Assembly (NCBI GenBank): GCA_016875645.1 | Contig: VGPE01000001.1 | Coordinates: 1-36,174 of the forward strand | From: Chloroflexota bacterium | GTDB taxonomy: Bacteria > Chloroflexota > Limnocylindria > Limnocylindrales > CSP1-4 | Direction: 5' to 3' | DNA: 36,174 nt | Shown here: in pieces, positions 34,612 through 36,174 of the stretch | Layout of the letters: every line of letters begins with the position of its first letter | Numbering within the stretch: position 1 is the first letter of the stretch | Notes under the pieces: model-generated | Seen by the model: only the letters and a program-made list of their open reading frames with translations | What the model was told of the DNA's origin: nothing | Database searches by the model: none | Position numbers and translations under genes: made by a program

Positions 34612-34836
34612 GCGTCCCGGTCTTCGGCTCGGGCCCTCGGCTCCGGCGGTTCCGGCTCGCGGATCCGGCCCTCGGTTCCGGCGGCTCCGGCGCACGGCCG
34701 GCGCCTCGGCTCCCGCGGTTCCGGCTCGTGGATCCGGCCCTCGGTTCCGGCGGCTCCGGCGCACGGCCGGCGCCTCGGCTCCCGCGGTTCCGGCTCGTGG
34801 ATCCGGCCCTCGGTTCCGGCTCACGGCCGGCGCACC
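34612..34836. repeat. 69-bp tandem repeat, about 3.2 copies (two copies identical), each unit made of two ~34/35-bp sub-repeats
   Basis: Units 34681-34749 and 34750-34818 are 100% identical. Unit 34612-34680 shares the 3' 45 nt. A truncated fourth unit follows. Sub-repeat consensus: CTCGG(Y)TCC(S)GCGG(Y)TCCGGC. Confidence 0.9.
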
Positions 34837-35008
34837 GACCGGGTGGGTAAACCACCCGCTCGGAGCCTGCGAAGCGACGCGCGGCCGTGCGCGCCTGCCG
34901 CCATCGCGGCCGAGGGATCGCCCAGGTCGATGAGGCGGCCGCTACGGGCGTCGCCCGACGGCCATCGGACGCGCCATCAGCCGGGAATACCCACCGCGTC
35001 GATGCCGC

Positions 35009-35118
35009 GATCAGGATCGCCGGGGATCGGGGACGGCGCGATCGGGGACGGCGCGATCGGGGTCGGCGCGATCGGGATCAGCGAGATCGCCGCGATCAGG
35101 ATCGGCGCGATCGGGCGA
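35009..35118. repeat. 15-bp tandem repeat (GATCGGGGACGGCGC and variants) forming a dense GATC cluster
   Basis: 35025-35039 and 35040-35054 are identical, and 35055-35069 differs at one position. Degenerate 6/9-nt spaced copies flank them. There are 11 GATC sites in about 105 bp. Confidence 0.85.
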
Positions 35119-35283
35119 CCCCCGCCCGTGCGCAGGGGCGACCGGCTCAGGCAGCCGGCCCAGGTGAAGGCCACAGCGCGGGCAGCGTCCCTCGGCGGCG
35201 GACCTGGAGGGCGGGTCGAACGGCCGCTCGCGGCCGCAGCGCGGGCAGGCGCCGGATTCGTCTGTGGGAGCGTCGGCGGTCAG
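35011..35283 (-). CDS. Candidate zinc-ribbon small protein (CPRCG-x17-CPRCG) with no canonical start codon
   Basis: Minus-strand frame '..TDESGACPRCGRERPFDPPSRSAAEGRCPRCGLHLGRLPEPV...', followed by (PDRAx)n encoded by the 15-bp repeats. The only start-like codon is a CTG overlapping the response-regulator stop (CTGA). The frame is not in the ORF track because it contains no ATG, GTG or TTG. Confidence 0.3.
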   Translation of the reverse strand: MTADAPTDESGACPRCGRERPFDPPSRSAAEGRCPRCGLHLGRLPEPVAPAHGRGSPDRADPDRGDLADPDRADPDRAVPDRAVPDPRRS

Positions 35284-35969
35284 TAGAGGGAGTCCTCGGA
35301 GCGCAAAGGTTCCACCATGCGGGTGCGGATCGCGAACGCGACGGCCTCCAGCTTGGAGTGCACGCGCAGCTTGTTCATCACGTTCTGGACGTGGGTCCGA
35401 AGCGTGTTCGGGGCGATGCCCAGGTGCTCGCAGATCTCGGGCGTGGAGCGGCCCTCGACCAGCGCCTTGAGCACTTCGAACTCTCGCGGAGTGAGGGCCT
35501 CGATCGGGCGCCGTTCGACGGACCGGTCGCGCGCGGCCACCACGCGCTGGGCAATGTTCATGATCACGGACTGGGGCAGGAGCGTCTCGCCGGCGTTGGC
35601 CTGGCGCACGGCGCCGACCACGTCCTCGACGGCGCGATCCTTGGTCAGGTAGCCGTCGGCGCCCGCCTGGATCGACTCGAGGATCGTCTCGTCGTCGCTC
35701 ACCGCGGTCAGCATGACGACGCGGCAGGCAGGCCAGCGGGCCTTGATCGCCCGGGTGGCCTCGGCGCCGGTGCCATCGGGAAGGCGGTAGTCCATCAGGA
35801 CGACGTCGAGCCGCTCCCGGGCAGCCGACTTCGCCTCGGCCACCGAGCCCGCCACGCCCGCGACCTCGATGTCAGGCTCGCGCGCGAGCACCGCGGCGAA
35901 AGACCCCGTCAGGAGATGGTGGTCGTCGACGAGGAGCACGCGGATCGCCTTTGGTTCGCCCGGCTCCAT
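35280..35969 (-). CDS. NarL/FixJ (LuxR-type) response regulator
   Basis: Internal ATG at 35969 (MEPGEPKAIRVLLVDDH...). Receiver residues 'DVVLMDYRLPDG'. C-terminal GerE/LuxR HTH 'LTPREFEVLKALVEGRSTPEICEHLGIAPNTLRTHVQNVMNKL'. Confidence 0.9.
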   Translation of the reverse strand: MEPGEPKAIRVLLVDDHHLLTGSFAAVLAREPDIEVAGVAGSVAEAKSAARERLDVVLMDYRLPDGTGAEATRAIKARWPACRVVMLTAVSDDETILESIQAGADGYLTKDRAVEDVVGAVRQANAGETLLPQSVIMNIAQRVVAARDRSVERRPIEALTPREFEVLKALVEGRSTPEICEHLGIAPNTLRTHVQNVMNKLRVHSKLEAVAFAIRTRMVEPLRSEDSLY

Positions 35970-36058
35970 GCCACCCCTTCGCCCGGGTTCGGACCGCAGC
36001 ACCGCGCGCCTCGCTGCCACTCGTGCGGTCACGCACCCCGCTGGGAGTCTAGGAGCGT

Positions 36059-36174
36059 GTGTCGATATCGGCCAGCGGGGCCACCCGGGCGGGTGGGAGA
36101 ATCTGGTATGCGCACCAAGCGTTCCGCCTGTACGACCAGGACAGCCTGCTGCTGATGCCGCCCAGCCTCCATGA
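36059..36174 (+). mobile_element. Probable 5' end of an IS transposase gene (DUF772-type N-terminus, IS1182/IS5-like), truncated by the window edge
   Basis: The frame opening at GTG 36059 reads '...YAHQAFRLYDQDSLLLMPPSLH'. This resembles, from my memory of the family, the conserved 'FRxYDxDQxxLLPPSLxxWLP' N-terminus of these transposases. Only about 38 codons are visible. Confidence 0.4.

Noticed and set aside
34612-34836. CRISPR array interpretation of the 69-bp repeats
   Set aside because: The units are directly adjacent with no unique spacers. The period is 69 bp (sub-period ~34.5) of pure repeat. There are no cas genes in the window.
34534-36155. Plus-strand ORFs 34534-35286 (250 aa) and 34887-36155 (422 aa)
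   Set aside because: The translations are Arg/Gly/Pro-rich. The second is antisense to the clear LuxR-type regulator. The first is mostly repeat DNA read in an arbitrary frame.
1-36174. Alternative genetic code (stop-codon reassignment) as the explanation for the in-frame stops
   Set aside because: More than 25 long genes in the window terminate normally and contain no internal TAA, TAG or TGA. The three stops are isolated events of three different types.

Overview
This is a 36.2-kb window at roughly 70% GC, densely coding. It looks like chromosomal core DNA of a high-GC bacterium; gene content and protein style suggest Chloroflexota or Actinomycetota, but I cannot confirm that from sequence alone. 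Genes in order: an MrfA/YprA-type DEAD-box helicase with a DUF1998 Zn domain, preceded by a GAAC-N4-GTTC SOS-box-like palindrome; an FtsB/DivIC-like protein; an FMN-dependent alpha-hydroxy-acid dehydrogenase; a 1210-aa alpha-amylase-family protein; a membrane-anchored alkaline-phosphatase-superfamily gene with an apparent 1-nt frameshift; an SRPBCC protein; a prenyltransferase/terpene-cyclase-repeat protein; a translationally coupled LLM oxidoreductase and SDR pair; a small XRE regulator; an OmpR-type two-component pair; a heterotetrameric sarcosine oxidase operon soxBDAG plus a coupled cupin; tRNA-Met(CAT); ftsH; an M20 dipeptidase; an orphan DnaB-C-terminal-domain ATPase; a large GAF/PAS sensor kinase cut by two in-frame stops; a bicupin; ThpR/LigT; TrpB2; a 780-bp repeat-rich convergent intergenic region; a NarL/LuxR response regulator; and the probable 5' end of an IS transposase at the window edge. 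Many long ORFs in the track are antisense or shadow ORFs typical of high-GC DNA and are not called. I found no convincing multi-gene novel system such as a defence island, CRISPR array or biosynthetic cluster. The leads worth a second look are: several ORF-disrupting lesions (two nonsense codons in the kinase, one TGA in a small ORF, one or two 1-nt frame problems); a 16-bp near-palindrome present three times around the XRE gene; two unrelated tandem-repeat arrays downstream of trpB2, next to a zinc-ribbon reading frame with no canonical start codon; the SOS-box-like site; the stand-alone DnaB_C ATPase; and two unusually long, structured non-coding gaps.
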